A stretch of DNA of 32,000 bases from Isorropodon fossajaponicum endosymbiont JTNG4 (GCF_016592615.1 NZ_AP013043.1:390001-422000), one strand, 5' to 3'. Positions 1-8,546 are shown, counted from the stretch's first letter. A program made the numbers and translations. The notes: generated from the sequence alone by a model not told the origin.

Positions 1-433
1 TGTATTGCCACGACAGAGTCTTTGGCCACTTTCTCAGTTGGGTTGAGTAAGTTAATAGGGTTTTTCTAGGTCTTTTCTTATAGCCCACAATATCAATCTT
101 TGCTGAAGTCAGTGTTAGCTGTTGAGGTCTTTCATTGATTGTTAATAAAATATAATTCAGAAACTCAGTTTCAAAAGCCTTGAATTGCTCTCTCAAATCA
201 TCTGCTGTTAATGAACGAAGTGTATCGTATTGTGCTGAGTTTGGTGCGTCTGTAGTATTTTTATATTGAGTGCCAATGCCAGTTATTAAAGCTTCAAGAC
301 TTAAATCAATCACAATGTTGACTTTTTTATCAGGATAGATTGAGATTTCCACCAAAGCAGGCTTGACCACATCTGCTATTGACACACCGATTAACAGCCA
401 AAATAAGGCGATGACCTTAATCAAATACGGCAT
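1..433 (-). CDS. hypothetical exported protein, 3' end runs off the window
   Basis: My own translation of the minus strand from ATG (433..431) is open to position 1 (144 codons, MPYLIKVIALFWLLIGVSIADVVKPALVEISIYPDKK...). It is absent from the ORF track because it has no stop in the window. The N-terminus is hydrophobic and signal-like. The ATG abuts the stop of the upstream gene (434..436). No family recognised. Confidence 0.5.
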   Translation of the reverse strand, partial: MPYLIKVIALFWLLIGVSIADVVKPALVEISIYPDKKVNIVIDLSLEALITGIGTQYKNTTDAPNSAQYDTLRSLTADDLREQFKAFETEFLNYILLTINERPQQLTLTSAKIDIVGYKKRPRKTLLTYSTQLRKWPKTLSWQY

Positions 434-928
434 TTATTTTTTATTTTTCTTATCTAGACGCTGTTGTTTTTTGCGCTTAACCTCATCCCAATCAATATTC
501 TCACAAGCCTCACAGTGGCGGTTGACAATGCCTATTTTAACCAACAGCGCATAGATTTTACAACCGGCACAAAAACCCACAATTGCCTCTAGCCACATAA
601 ATAACAAGCATATCCACACTAAGTTAAGCGCCAACCAGGAAGGCACATAATTTTCATCAACAGGAATATTAGTGCCTAATAAATTGTTAACCCAAAGTGC
701 AACTGCGTCTGGATTAAAAAAGACAATACACACAGAAATGAAACTCGCCCCTATTATCCAAGCACAACGCTTAGGACCGATAGGCTTCCATTCAGGCTTT
801 CTACCAATCACTAAAAAACTGACTAATAAAATCGTGGGAGAAAATCGTGCGCCAATAGTTGACATACCTAGTAGCATTTCAATCAAAGCATAAACCAGCA
901 ATTTGGTTTGAAAAGAATAGTCAAACAC
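434..928 (-). CDS. DUF4395-like integral membrane protein
   Basis: 164-aa ORF with several hydrophobic helices and a C-terminal GFCAGCKIY...CEAC cysteine pattern that I associate with DUF4395. The tail is basic. The family call is from memory and unverified. Confidence 0.55.
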   Translation of the reverse strand: MFDYSFQTKLLVYALIEMLLGMSTIGARFSPTILLVSFLVIGRKPEWKPIGPKRCAWIIGASFISVCIVFFNPDAVALWVNNLLGTNIPVDENYVPSWLALNLVWICLLFMWLEAIVGFCAGCKIYALLVKIGIVNRHCEACENIDWDEVKRKKQQRLDKKNKK

Positions 929-1188
929 TCTTTTTGTTACCTCTACTTGATAAATAATATGATCGTCCTAATCGGTTTCAAAGGTGTCCACTGAGGTGGT
1001 ATTGAGTACCGCATCAATCAAAGTGAAGATCATATAAATCGGGATAATCAACAAAATACCTACACGAACACGTACGCAGTATCATTAATATGTATAGGAT
1101 TCTCGCCTAGGTCGCGAAACCAAAGATTTTTAATGGTATTTTTTAGTTTATCTAACACGCTAAGACTATAATAATATTTATTGAAAAT

Positions 1189-3078
1189 TTAAATCAGTTT
1201 GCCATCATAGTTTTCAATACCAGGGTTGTTGTTTACGCCCTTAATGGTCGGATGATTAACTTTAGTCAAATTAAGATGCTTTTGTTTGCGTAAATAATCT
1301 GCTGCCACATCCCACATTAAACGACCATTGCCAACACTGCCTACCTGTGCCCAACCTGATACTTTATAAGATTTATTCGGATCAATAGGTGTGCCCTCAT
1401 CATCTTTCATATTGCTAATACGCTGACCAAGACCTAAAGCTGGGTCAATCGTATAATCCATACCACCCATGCGCACCATATCGCCACCTGACTGTAAATA
1501 TGGGTCTTGTACAAATAAGTTCTCAGCAATACCTTCTAAGATTTCTTTAAGTTGTGAGCCTTTTAACTCATTCACGTAAGTTTCACCATAAGTCATTGAA
1601 GTGTTGGTCATTAAATCTTCCATTGTTACGTCGTGCCCTGCTGGTACGCTGGTACCCCAACGAACACCTGCTGACATAGCAAAGTCTGCATCGTGCTCTT
1701 CACGTAGTGAATTAACCAGCACTTGATCCCAAGTACCCATAAAATTACCACGACGATATAGAGTTTGCTCGGTGGTGCATAATTTTTCCGTCAAAATTGC
1801 ATCATAGGTTTTACCAACGCGATCAGGGTTGTTTGACATCTTAGCACTACGTGCTTCGACCACATCTTTGTCATATTTAGTAGTACGCATTTTATTAATA
1901 AACGACACCATGGCTGCATCAGGCTTAATAAAGTCAGTCAAAATAGGCAACATTTTGTATTCATAGCCTATAACCTTATGGTCTTTAATGTTCAAATCCA
2001 TGACGCCAATATACTTACCCGAACAGCCTGCATTAGTAACAACAGTAACGCCACCTGCATTTTTAACCTCAACTGGCGTAGGCATACCATCATGCGTATG
2101 ACCACCAAAAATTGCATCAATACCACTAATACGTGATGCCATTTTGATATCAACATCCATACCATTATGCGAAATTATAATAATGGCATCTGGTTTTTCA
2201 TTTTTACGAATATCAGCAACCAACTCGCTCATTTCATCCTCACGTAAACCAAACGACCAATCTGGAAAGAAATATTTTTTCGGATTGGCATTTGATGTTC
2301 TTGGAAAAGCTTGACCAATCACTGCAATACGATGACCACCAACATTTTTAATCGCATAAGGCTTGAATGGCAGCCCCTCATCCTCATCAAACAGACCGTT
2401 ACCGCCATACTTTTCAGTCATGGTGATGTACTCATCACCCATTAATGCATCTTCTATAATGCGTACATTTTGACCTAAAAAGTCACCTTTAAAAAAGCCA
2501 ATGTTTTTTAGTGTTTCTTCTTCTTTATAAGTAAACTCCCAATGGCCAACCATAACATCTACCCCTAGAATATTACAAGCTTCAACCATATCAGCACCAC
2601 GCGTCCAAAGTGACGTGCCTGAGCCTTGCCAGGTATCGCCACCATCTAAGGTGAGTGTATTTTGTATGCCACCTGCGCTTTCACGCAATGAATCTAGCAC
2701 GGTTTTAATTTGACCAAAACCACCTGTCTTGCCGTATTTAGCTGCTAACTCTTCAAAGTTGTTGTAAGTAAAAGCATAAGCATCAGCTGAACCTGCCTTA
2801 ACGCCAATTTGCTTAAGTAGTTTGTTGCCCACAACATGTGGCAATTGCCCAAAGGTAGGACCAAAACCTAGATTAATATTAGGCTCACGAAAATAATTAG
2901 GGAGTAAGTTACCATGAGTATCAGTGATATGCAAAATACGGGCATTGCCTGTTTTTGCCACCTCGTATCTATTGTCTTGAGAAGACAACTTATCTGCATC
3001 ATTCCCACAACCACTAATCAAACCTGCTGCCGAACCAGCACCCAATACTTTAATAAAATCTCTACGTGTTAACGCCAT
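1189..3078 (-). CDS. soxB: thiosulfohydrolase SoxB (metallophosphoesterase / 5'-nucleotidase fold)
   Basis: 629-aa ORF. The N-terminal twin-arginine signal (TRRDFIK) is followed by LISGC. Metallophosphoesterase motifs are present (HITDTHG, GGDTWQG, GHWEF, SHNG, GGHTH), followed by a 5'-nucleotidase-like C-terminal domain. Confidence 0.9.
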   Translation of the reverse strand: MALTRRDFIKVLGAGSAAGLISGCGNDADKLSSQDNRYEVAKTGNARILHITDTHGNLLPNYFREPNINLGFGPTFGQLPHVVGNKLLKQIGVKAGSADAYAFTYNNFEELAAKYGKTGGFGQIKTVLDSLRESAGGIQNTLTLDGGDTWQGSGTSLWTRGADMVEACNILGVDVMVGHWEFTYKEEETLKNIGFFKGDFLGQNVRIIEDALMGDEYITMTEKYGGNGLFDEDEGLPFKPYAIKNVGGHRIAVIGQAFPRTSNANPKKYFFPDWSFGLREDEMSELVADIRKNEKPDAIIIISHNGMDVDIKMASRISGIDAIFGGHTHDGMPTPVEVKNAGGVTVVTNAGCSGKYIGVMDLNIKDHKVIGYEYKMLPILTDFIKPDAAMVSFINKMRTTKYDKDVVEARSAKMSNNPDRVGKTYDAILTEKLCTTEQTLYRRGNFMGTWDQVLVNSLREEHDADFAMSAGVRWGTSVPAGHDVTMEDLMTNTSMTYGETYVNELKGSQLKEILEGIAENLFVQDPYLQSGGDMVRMGGMDYTIDPALGLGQRISNMKDDEGTPIDPNKSYKVSGWAQVGSVGNGRLMWDVAADYLRKQKHLNLTKVNHPTIKGVNNNPGIENYDGKLI

Positions 3079-3297
3079 AACCCCCCAGAAAACTATTTGT
3101 TAAAAAAATAACATAAAATTCTAACTGATTTTTTCACCTAAAAAGATACACTAAAAAATAACACCTTTGTTTAAAATCAAGAAAAAAACACCAGAGTTAG
3201 TGTGGAGTATAACGAAAAGTGTGCAATTTAAAAATAGTTTTATAAAAAATATTTACAGTGTCGCTATATAACTTGTAAAAAATCTTATAATACCGGT

Positions 3298-4722
3298 ATG
3301 AATATTGCCCAGCTTTTAGCCAACATTGTACAAACTAAAATAGACATAGAGATAAAAGGTCTGTGTCTTAATACTCAAAGCGCACAACCTGGCGATTTGT
3401 TTATCGTCCTCCAAGGAGAATCGGCACACGGTGCTGATTATATCAGCCAAGCGATTGACAAAGGCTGCGTTGCTATATTAGTTGACTCAAAAGAGATAGA
3501 ATGCGCCATCCAATCTATTTGCATTGACAACTTATCTCAATATTTACAAACACTGGCAAGCACTTTTTATAGCAATGCCACAAAAGTTAATATCACAGGT
3601 ATTACAGGCACAAATGGCAAAACTTCTGTCGCCCACTTTGTCTCGCAATTACTAACCAAACTTGGGGTTAAAAATGGCTTGATTGGCACTTTGGGTATCA
3701 CTCATAGTCAGCAGTCGTCCCTTAATACAACGCCGGATATTTTAACGCTTTACCGAACATTAGATAATTACTATCAGGACAATATCCACCACGCCGTACT
3801 TGAAGTTTCTTCGCATGCACTCGCTCAAGATAGAATTGCTGGACTGACTATTAAACAAGCAATATTTACCAATCTTACTCAAGATCATCTTGATTATCAT
3901 CACACACTTGATGAATATCAAGCAAGCAAGCAAAAATTATTCGCTCTTGATTGTGTTGAATCCGTTATTCTTAATCAAGATGATAGTCATTACAAACATT
4001 TTCTAAATGCTGCTAAAGGCAAAAAACAAATCAGCTACTCTCTAAGTGATTTTGACTCAGTCAAAATCATTGAACAAGGCTTTTTAGTACAATTAGACCA
4101 TTATGTTTTTGAAATCCCATTTTTAGGTGAATTTAATTTGCTGAACGTTTTAGCAGCATTAAGCAGTGTTGAAACGCTTGGATTTAAACGCGATGATATT
4201 ATTCCGCTACTTCATCAACTATCGCCACCACCCGGTAGAATGCAGAAAATTGACCCTCATCTTACTTGGATAGACTACGCCCACACACCCGATGCCATTG
4301 AGAACGCCATCAGCACTTTGCAAAAACACTATCCAAACTTTAAAATTCGCATTGTCTTTGGCTGTGGTGGTAATCGAGATAAAGACAAACGCGCAAAAAT
4401 GGGCAAGATTGCCTCAAAACTAGCAGATACCATTATTTTAACCAACGACAATCCTAGGTCTGAAAACCCAAAAGCTATTATTGAGGACATCTTAAGTGGT
4501 ATTGACGATAGTTATGAATTAGACATTATTGAAGACAGACAGTTCGCCATTGAAACAGCTGTTATCACTTTGGGTGAAAACGAATGTCTACTCATTGCCG
4601 GGAAAGGTCATGAAACTACCCAGACATTCAAAGACAAAACCATTGAATTAAACGACAAAGACATTGTTCTCACTGCAATTATTGAAGGCAACAGATTAAA
4701 AAAGATAAAAAACAGACAATAA
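3298..4722 (+). CDS. murE: UDP-N-acetylmuramoyl-L-alanyl-D-glutamate--2,6-diaminopimelate ligase
   Basis: 474 aa. Mur ligase P-loop GITGTNGKTS is present. The DNPR motif (TNDNPRSENP) is typical of meso-DAP-adding MurE, and GKGHE lies near the C-terminus. Confidence 0.95.
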   Translation: MNIAQLLANIVQTKIDIEIKGLCLNTQSAQPGDLFIVLQGESAHGADYISQAIDKGCVAILVDSKEIECAIQSICIDNLSQYLQTLASTFYSNATKVNITGITGTNGKTSVAHFVSQLLTKLGVKNGLIGTLGITHSQQSSLNTTPDILTLYRTLDNYYQDNIHHAVLEVSSHALAQDRIAGLTIKQAIFTNLTQDHLDYHHTLDEYQASKQKLFALDCVESVILNQDDSHYKHFLNAAKGKKQISYSLSDFDSVKIIEQGFLVQLDHYVFEIPFLGEFNLLNVLAALSSVETLGFKRDDIIPLLHQLSPPPGRMQKIDPHLTWIDYAHTPDAIENAISTLQKHYPNFKIRIVFGCGGNRDKDKRAKMGKIASKLADTIILTNDNPRSENPKAIIEDILSGIDDSYELDIIEDRQFAIETAVITLGENECLLIAGKGHETTQTFKDKTIELNDKDIVLTAIIEGNRLKKIKNRQ

Positions 4723-4728
4723 AGCCAA

Positions 4729-4751
4729 ACAAATAACATTTGTCTTTTTTT
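4729..4751 (+). terminator. weak candidate intrinsic terminator after murE
   Basis: ACAAAT-AAC-ATTTGT is a 6-bp AT-rich stem followed by C and a T7 run, immediately after the murE stop. The stem is weak. Confidence 0.3.
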
Positions 4752-4845
4752 ATTTAACTGTTATTCTAATTATGGCAAAACCTTTGAAAATATCCAGCGT
4801 CTACGCAAACGCTATTACCAAGCCTATCAAGGCAAGCAAGCCTTA

Positions 4846-5610
4846 TTGGATTTAATTTCAGAAACCGAGGTTGGAGAGCAAGTTTATAACTCAAACGCCA
4901 TCGAAAACTCCACACTAACTCTAGGTGACACCGAAAAAGTTTTATTACAAATTGATTTAGATAAATATATTTCTGAGCGAGAATTATTTGAGGCAAAAAA
5001 TCTTGCTAGAGTGGTGAACTATCTTAACAAAAAAGCCACACAATCAGAACTCACTTTGGAGGTTATTTTATTATTACATCAAATGTTGCTGGCTAACATT
5101 AATGATAGTTTTGCTGGTAAATGGCGAAATAAAGACGAATGGGTAAAAGTCGGTAACTATATTGCCATTGCTCCTGAGCAAATTATCGATAAATTACACA
5201 AAGTGTTGACGGATTATTTTGCGACAAATAACGAACATATCATTAAACGCATCGCTTTATTGCATTTACAATTTGAGCAAATTCATCCCTTTGTTGATGG
5301 TAATGGACGCATTGGCAGAGCGCTAAATAATTACTTACTGATACGTGATGGCTTTGTGCCGATTAACATTAAGTTTATTGATAGAGCGGATTATTACACT
5401 ACCTTTAATGAATTTAACGAGACTGGCAAAACCAAAATTATGGAAAGCATTATCGGTAAAGCACTCACTAATAGTTACCACAAGCGCCTGACATATTTAG
5501 AGGGCAAAGAGATTGTCTCTCTAGTAGATTATGGCAAAATATCACACTCTAACCTTATCAACAAAGCCAAACGCCAAACCACTGAAGCCTTTTCAGAAAA
5601 AGGTAAATAG
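4846..5610 (+). CDS. Fic family protein, class II architecture (N-terminal inhibitory helix plus HPFxDGNGRxxR core)
   Basis: The canonical Fic motif HPFVDGNGRIGR is present. The inhibitory-helix motif (S/T)xxxE(G/N) is present as SNAIEN upstream of the core. The listed ORF starts at a TTG. The same frame stays open back to the murE stop (4723..4845) and encodes plausible Fic N-terminal sequence (TFENIQRLRKRYYQAYQGKQALL). The only nearby ATG (4772) is one base out of frame. Confidence 0.8.
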   Translation: MDLISETEVGEQVYNSNAIENSTLTLGDTEKVLLQIDLDKYISERELFEAKNLARVVNYLNKKATQSELTLEVILLLHQMLLANINDSFAGKWRNKDEWVKVGNYIAIAPEQIIDKLHKVLTDYFATNNEHIIKRIALLHLQFEQIHPFVDGNGRIGRALNNYLLIRDGFVPINIKFIDRADYYTTFNEFNETGKTKIMESIIGKALTNSYHKRLTYLEGKEIVSLVDYGKISHSNLINKAKRQTTEAFSEKGK

Positions 5611-5677
5611 AAAACTGCTGACAAAAACAACCAATAAACCGCGCTTATCAGTTTGACAATATTATAGTAATATCCAT

Positions 5678-5705
5678 AAAAAGCCCCATTTTTCACAGGG
5701 CTTTT
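5678..5705. terminator. bidirectional stem-loop between the convergent Fic and OMP genes
   Basis: AAAAAGCCC - 11-nt loop - GGGCTTTTT. It has a GC core and is flanked by A and T runs on both sides. It overlaps the stop codon of the minus-strand OMP gene. Confidence 0.5.
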
Positions 5706-6175
5706 AATAAAAAGCATTAATTTTACCGTCTACACCAACACCATAAAACACATCAGTCCCATCCGTTTTTGCTGATACGCTAGTATTGTTATTTATAGCA
5801 GTAATATCCCAAGAATGAGCACCTAACTTAACAAAGGGTGAAAAATCTGATTGTGGATTAAAATGATACAAGCCAGCCACACCAATACTACTGCCAGACA
5901 TTGCTACTACTGTAGCAACATTATTTTCCGTTATATTTTCTTTAGCAAAATCAGCATATTGTAATTCAATAGCTATACTATCGCTTAAACGTTTTCCAAT
6001 TAACGCCCTGTAATTATTTTTTTTTATACTTTAAAGCGTAGTTTGTTCCGCTAATATTAACACTACTTTTTGATGTTGTTTCATTAAACCCAATGCCAAA
6101 ATATAAATCACTTTGTGCATATACTGACGAAGATAGTAAGCCTGCCAATACTAATATTTTTATCTTATTTTTCAT
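5704..6175 (-). pseudogene. small outer-membrane beta-barrel protein (OmpX/Ail/OmpW-size) interrupted by a +1 frameshift in an A9 tract
   Basis: A GGAG Shine-Dalgarno lies 5 nt upstream of ATG 6175. The signal peptide is MKNKIKILVLAGLLSSSVYA/QSD. Alternating beta-strand-like sequence ends in an aromatic C-terminus (...GKINAFY). Frame 1 stops at 6016..6014 directly after the coding-strand A9 run (6017..6025). The second frame continues to 5704. Removing one A fuses both parts into about 156 aa. Confidence 0.65.
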
Positions 6176-6235
6176 CTTTTCTCCTATTATTGTATTAATA
6201 AAAAACTACTATAGTAAATATTACTATAGAGATTT

Positions 6236-6474
6236 TTGTTGGATATAAACATTAGCAAAGCATACTTAACTATTGGAAAAAATGTTAAAAAACAACGCAT
6301 AAAAAAGGCATACCACAATTAGCACTGGCATTAGAAATGGGGTATGAATCTGTTAGTATCGTTTCTATGTCTGAAGTTGGTGCAAGAGATAAGCACTTTA
6401 ATATTGAACATTTGTTAAAAATTTCTAAAATTTTGCAAATAGACGTTTGTTGTTTCTTTGAAGACGTTTTATAA
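6236..6474 (+). pseudogene. XRE-family helix-turn-helix regulator, frameshifted
   Basis: The N-terminal piece (...LTIGKNVKKQRIKK) and the downstream piece (GIPQLALALEMGYESVSIVSMSEVGARDKHFNIEHLLKISKILQIDVCCFFEDVL*) together match the XRE/Cro HTH pattern. They lie in different frames and join at an A6 run (6301..6306). The first frame hits TAG at 6320..6322. Confidence 0.6.
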
Positions 6475-6499
6475 TGGAACAAACTAATCACAAACCCTC

Positions 6500-7753
6500 A
6501 TGCTACAAACTACCACAAACACCATTGCCCAAGTATTAAAAACAGATTGTGCTACCGATGTTGAATTTAAAGGTGTTTGTACCGACACTCGTAAACGCAT
6601 GGATGGTGCACTGTTTTTAGCCTTAGTTGGTGATAACTTTGATGCGCATGACTATATTGACCAAGCACAACAGATGGGCGCAGTGGCAATTATTGCTAGC
6701 AAATCTGTAGACAGTCAACTGCCAACATTGGTGGTGGATGACACACAAATTGCACTGAGTACAATTGCCAGTTGGCATCTTAGAAACATCAAACCTATTG
6801 TGGTTGCTATTACAGGTAGTAACGGTAAAACCACCACCAAAAACATGCTAGCAAATATCTTAAATTTGCAAGCGCCAACGCTAAAAACTCAAGGTAATTT
6901 AAATAACCATCTGGGCGTGCCAATGACCTTATTAACACTGGAAGAGCAACACCAATATGCAGTGATTGAAATGGGGGCTAACCATTTGGGAGAAATTGCA
7001 CATCTTTGTTCCTTAGTTAATCCTGATATTGCCCTTGTGACCAATACGCTTGATGCACATATTGGTGAGTTTGGCGGGTTTGATAATTTAGTCAAAGCCA
7101 AAAGTGAGATTTACTCAAATAACTCGCAAAACATTGTTAATACTCAAAGCACTTTTATGGGTGATGTTAGTTTTGGTAAAGGTGGTGATATTTTTGCTAG
7201 CAAACTTGTTAATAACAAATTTGATTTAAATATTCATCAGCAAAAAATATCAGTCACACTTAACCTGATTGGTGCGCATAACATTGAAAATGCCTTGGCA
7301 GCTAGCGCCTGTGCTTATGCACTAGGGATTGATATTAATCTAATCAAGCAAGGTTTGGAAGCGACGAAGGCAGAACATGGCAGATTAGAAATTATCAACA
7401 CCAAAAAATTTAGAATCATTGATGATACTTACAATGCCAATCCACATTCTACAACTGCCGCCCTTAAAGTGCTACAAAATTTTTCTGGAGAAAAAATTGT
7501 CGTACTCGGTGCTATGGGAGAATTAGGCAGTGATTCGGAAGCACTCCACCTTAAAATCGGACAGCTAGCCAAAAAATCTGTCGATACTCTTTATAGCTAT
7601 GGCAAGACAGCGAAGCACTACTGTGGTATTCACTTTGACAGCAAACAGCAATTGGCCAACCACCTGTTAGCCAACCATGCCAACGCTACTGTACTAATAA
7701 AAGGCTCTAGAATGGCAAAGTTGGATGAGTTGGTTGATTTACTAAAAAAATAA
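6500..7753 (+). CDS. murF: UDP-N-acetylmuramoyl-tripeptide--D-alanyl-D-alanine ligase
   Basis: 417 aa. It has the Mur ligase P-loop ITGSNGKTTTK and the DDTYNANP motif characteristic of MurF. Confidence 0.95.
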   Translation: MLQTTTNTIAQVLKTDCATDVEFKGVCTDTRKRMDGALFLALVGDNFDAHDYIDQAQQMGAVAIIASKSVDSQLPTLVVDDTQIALSTIASWHLRNIKPIVVAITGSNGKTTTKNMLANILNLQAPTLKTQGNLNNHLGVPMTLLTLEEQHQYAVIEMGANHLGEIAHLCSLVNPDIALVTNTLDAHIGEFGGFDNLVKAKSEIYSNNSQNIVNTQSTFMGDVSFGKGGDIFASKLVNNKFDLNIHQQKISVTLNLIGAHNIENALAASACAYALGIDINLIKQGLEATKAEHGRLEIINTKKFRIIDDTYNANPHSTTAALKVLQNFSGEKIVVLGAMGELGSDSEALHLKIGQLAKKSVDTLYSYGKTAKHYCGIHFDSKQQLANHLLANHANATVLIKGSRMAKLDELVDLLKK

Positions 7754-7765
7754 ACTCAATTGACC

Positions 7766-7794
7766 TTGACCTTTAATGCAAATATAGCGATAAT
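7766..7794 (+). promoter_or_regulatory. candidate sigma70 promoter for tRNA-Arg
   Basis: TTGACC (7766..7771), a 17-nt spacer, then GATAAT (7789..7794). The tRNA 5' end lies 12 nt downstream. Confidence 0.45.
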
Positions 7795-7806
7795 AACGCT
7801 CTTGAT

Positions 7807-7884
7807 GCGCTCGTGGCTCAATTTGGATAGAGTACTCGGCTACGAACCGAGCGGTTGCAGGTTCGACTCCCGCCGAGCGCACCA
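7807..7884 (+). tRNA. tRNA-Arg (anticodon ACG)
   Basis: Cloverleaf folded by hand. The acceptor stem is GCGCTCG/CGAGCGC, followed by discriminator A and an encoded CCA. The anticodon arm is CTCGG-CTACGAA-CCGAG and the T-loop is TTCGACT. There is one A.C mismatch in the T stem. It is near-identical to the core of E. coli tRNA-Arg(ACG). Confidence 0.9.
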
Positions 7885-7920
7885 TATATATTTTTCAACA
7901 CTTGTCATAACAACCAACCT

Positions 7921-8505
7921 ATGACCACAATTCCAAACATTCTAACCCTGTCAAGAATTTTTCTAATTCCAGTGTTTGTAAGTTTGTATTATTTTCAGCC
8001 CGCCTACTCTACAACACCTGTGTTTACTTGGATTAATTTCTTGCTTACAAGCACTTACGCACTCATTAGTGCAACGGATTATTTTGATGGCTACCTAGCA
8101 AGAAAGCTTAATATGACCTCACAACTTGGCGCTTTTTTAGACCCTGTTGCGGATAAACTCATGGTCTCCACTGCGCTCATCCTTTTAGTGGACTTCTACC
8201 CAACTGACACACATTGGTATATTAGCGTTTGTGCGCTTATTATTATTTCACGTGAAATTCTAGTCTCGGCACTTAGAGAATGGATGGGAACTATTGGACA
8301 AAGATCAAATGTCAGTGTTTCCTGGATGGGCAAAGTGAAAACTTTTGTACAAATATTTGCCATTTTATTTTTGTTGTACCAGCAACCTTTTTTTGGACTG
8401 CAAAGTTTTGAAATTGGTGTTGTTTTATTATTAGTGGCAACTTTTTTAACCTTATGGTCTGGGTTTATCTATCTAAAAGAAGGACGCAAAACTTTTAATA
8501 ATTAA
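7921..8505 (+). CDS. pgsA: CDP-diacylglycerol--glycerol-3-phosphate 3-phosphatidyltransferase
   Basis: It carries the CDP-alcohol phosphatidyltransferase motif DGYLARKLNMTSQLGAFLDPVADK. I place the start at ATG 7921 (MTTIPNILTLSRIF...) because the track start at 7855 lies inside tRNA-Arg. Confidence 0.9.
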   Translation: MTTIPNILTLSRIFLIPVFVSLYYFQPAYSTTPVFTWINFLLTSTYALISATDYFDGYLARKLNMTSQLGAFLDPVADKLMVSTALILLVDFYPTDTHWYISVCALIIISREILVSALREWMGTIGQRSNVSVSWMGKVKTFVQIFAILFLLYQQPFFGLQSFEIGVVLLLVATFLTLWSGFIYLKEGRKTFNN

Positions 8506-8518
8506 TGCTAAATCTAAC

Positions 8519-8546
8519 TTGACTATTATCTAAAAAACACTATAAT
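8519..8546 (+). promoter_or_regulatory. candidate sigma70 promoter for tRNA-Gly / tRNA-Cys
   Basis: TTGACT (8519..8524), a 16-nt spacer, then consensus TATAAT (8541..8546). The tRNA 5' end lies 11 nt downstream. Confidence 0.55.

Noticed and set aside
968-1158. A possible small frameshifted membrane-protein gene on the minus strand between soxB and the DUF4395 gene. It reads VLDKLKNTIKNLWFRDLGENPIHINDTAYVFV*, then in another frame VRVGILLIIPIYMIFTLIDAVLNTTSVDTFETD*.
   Set aside because: It has only a GTG start, no clear ribosome-binding site and no family I can name, and both pieces are under 40 codons. It could equally be chance in AT-rich DNA. It is worth a profile search but not supportable as a feature.
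3253-3300. A TATAAT box (3286..3291) ends 6 nt before the murE ATG and no Shine-Dalgarno is present, suggesting a leaderless murE mRNA.
   Set aside because: There is no convincing -35 or extended -10 element, and TATAAT-like hexamers are frequent in this AT-rich spacer. It needs 5'-end mapping and cannot be supported from sequence alone.
7855-7920. N-terminal extension of the pgsA ORF (MQVRLPPSAPYIFFNTCHNNQP).
   Set aside because: It starts inside tRNA-Arg (7807..7884), and PgsA homology begins at Met 7921.
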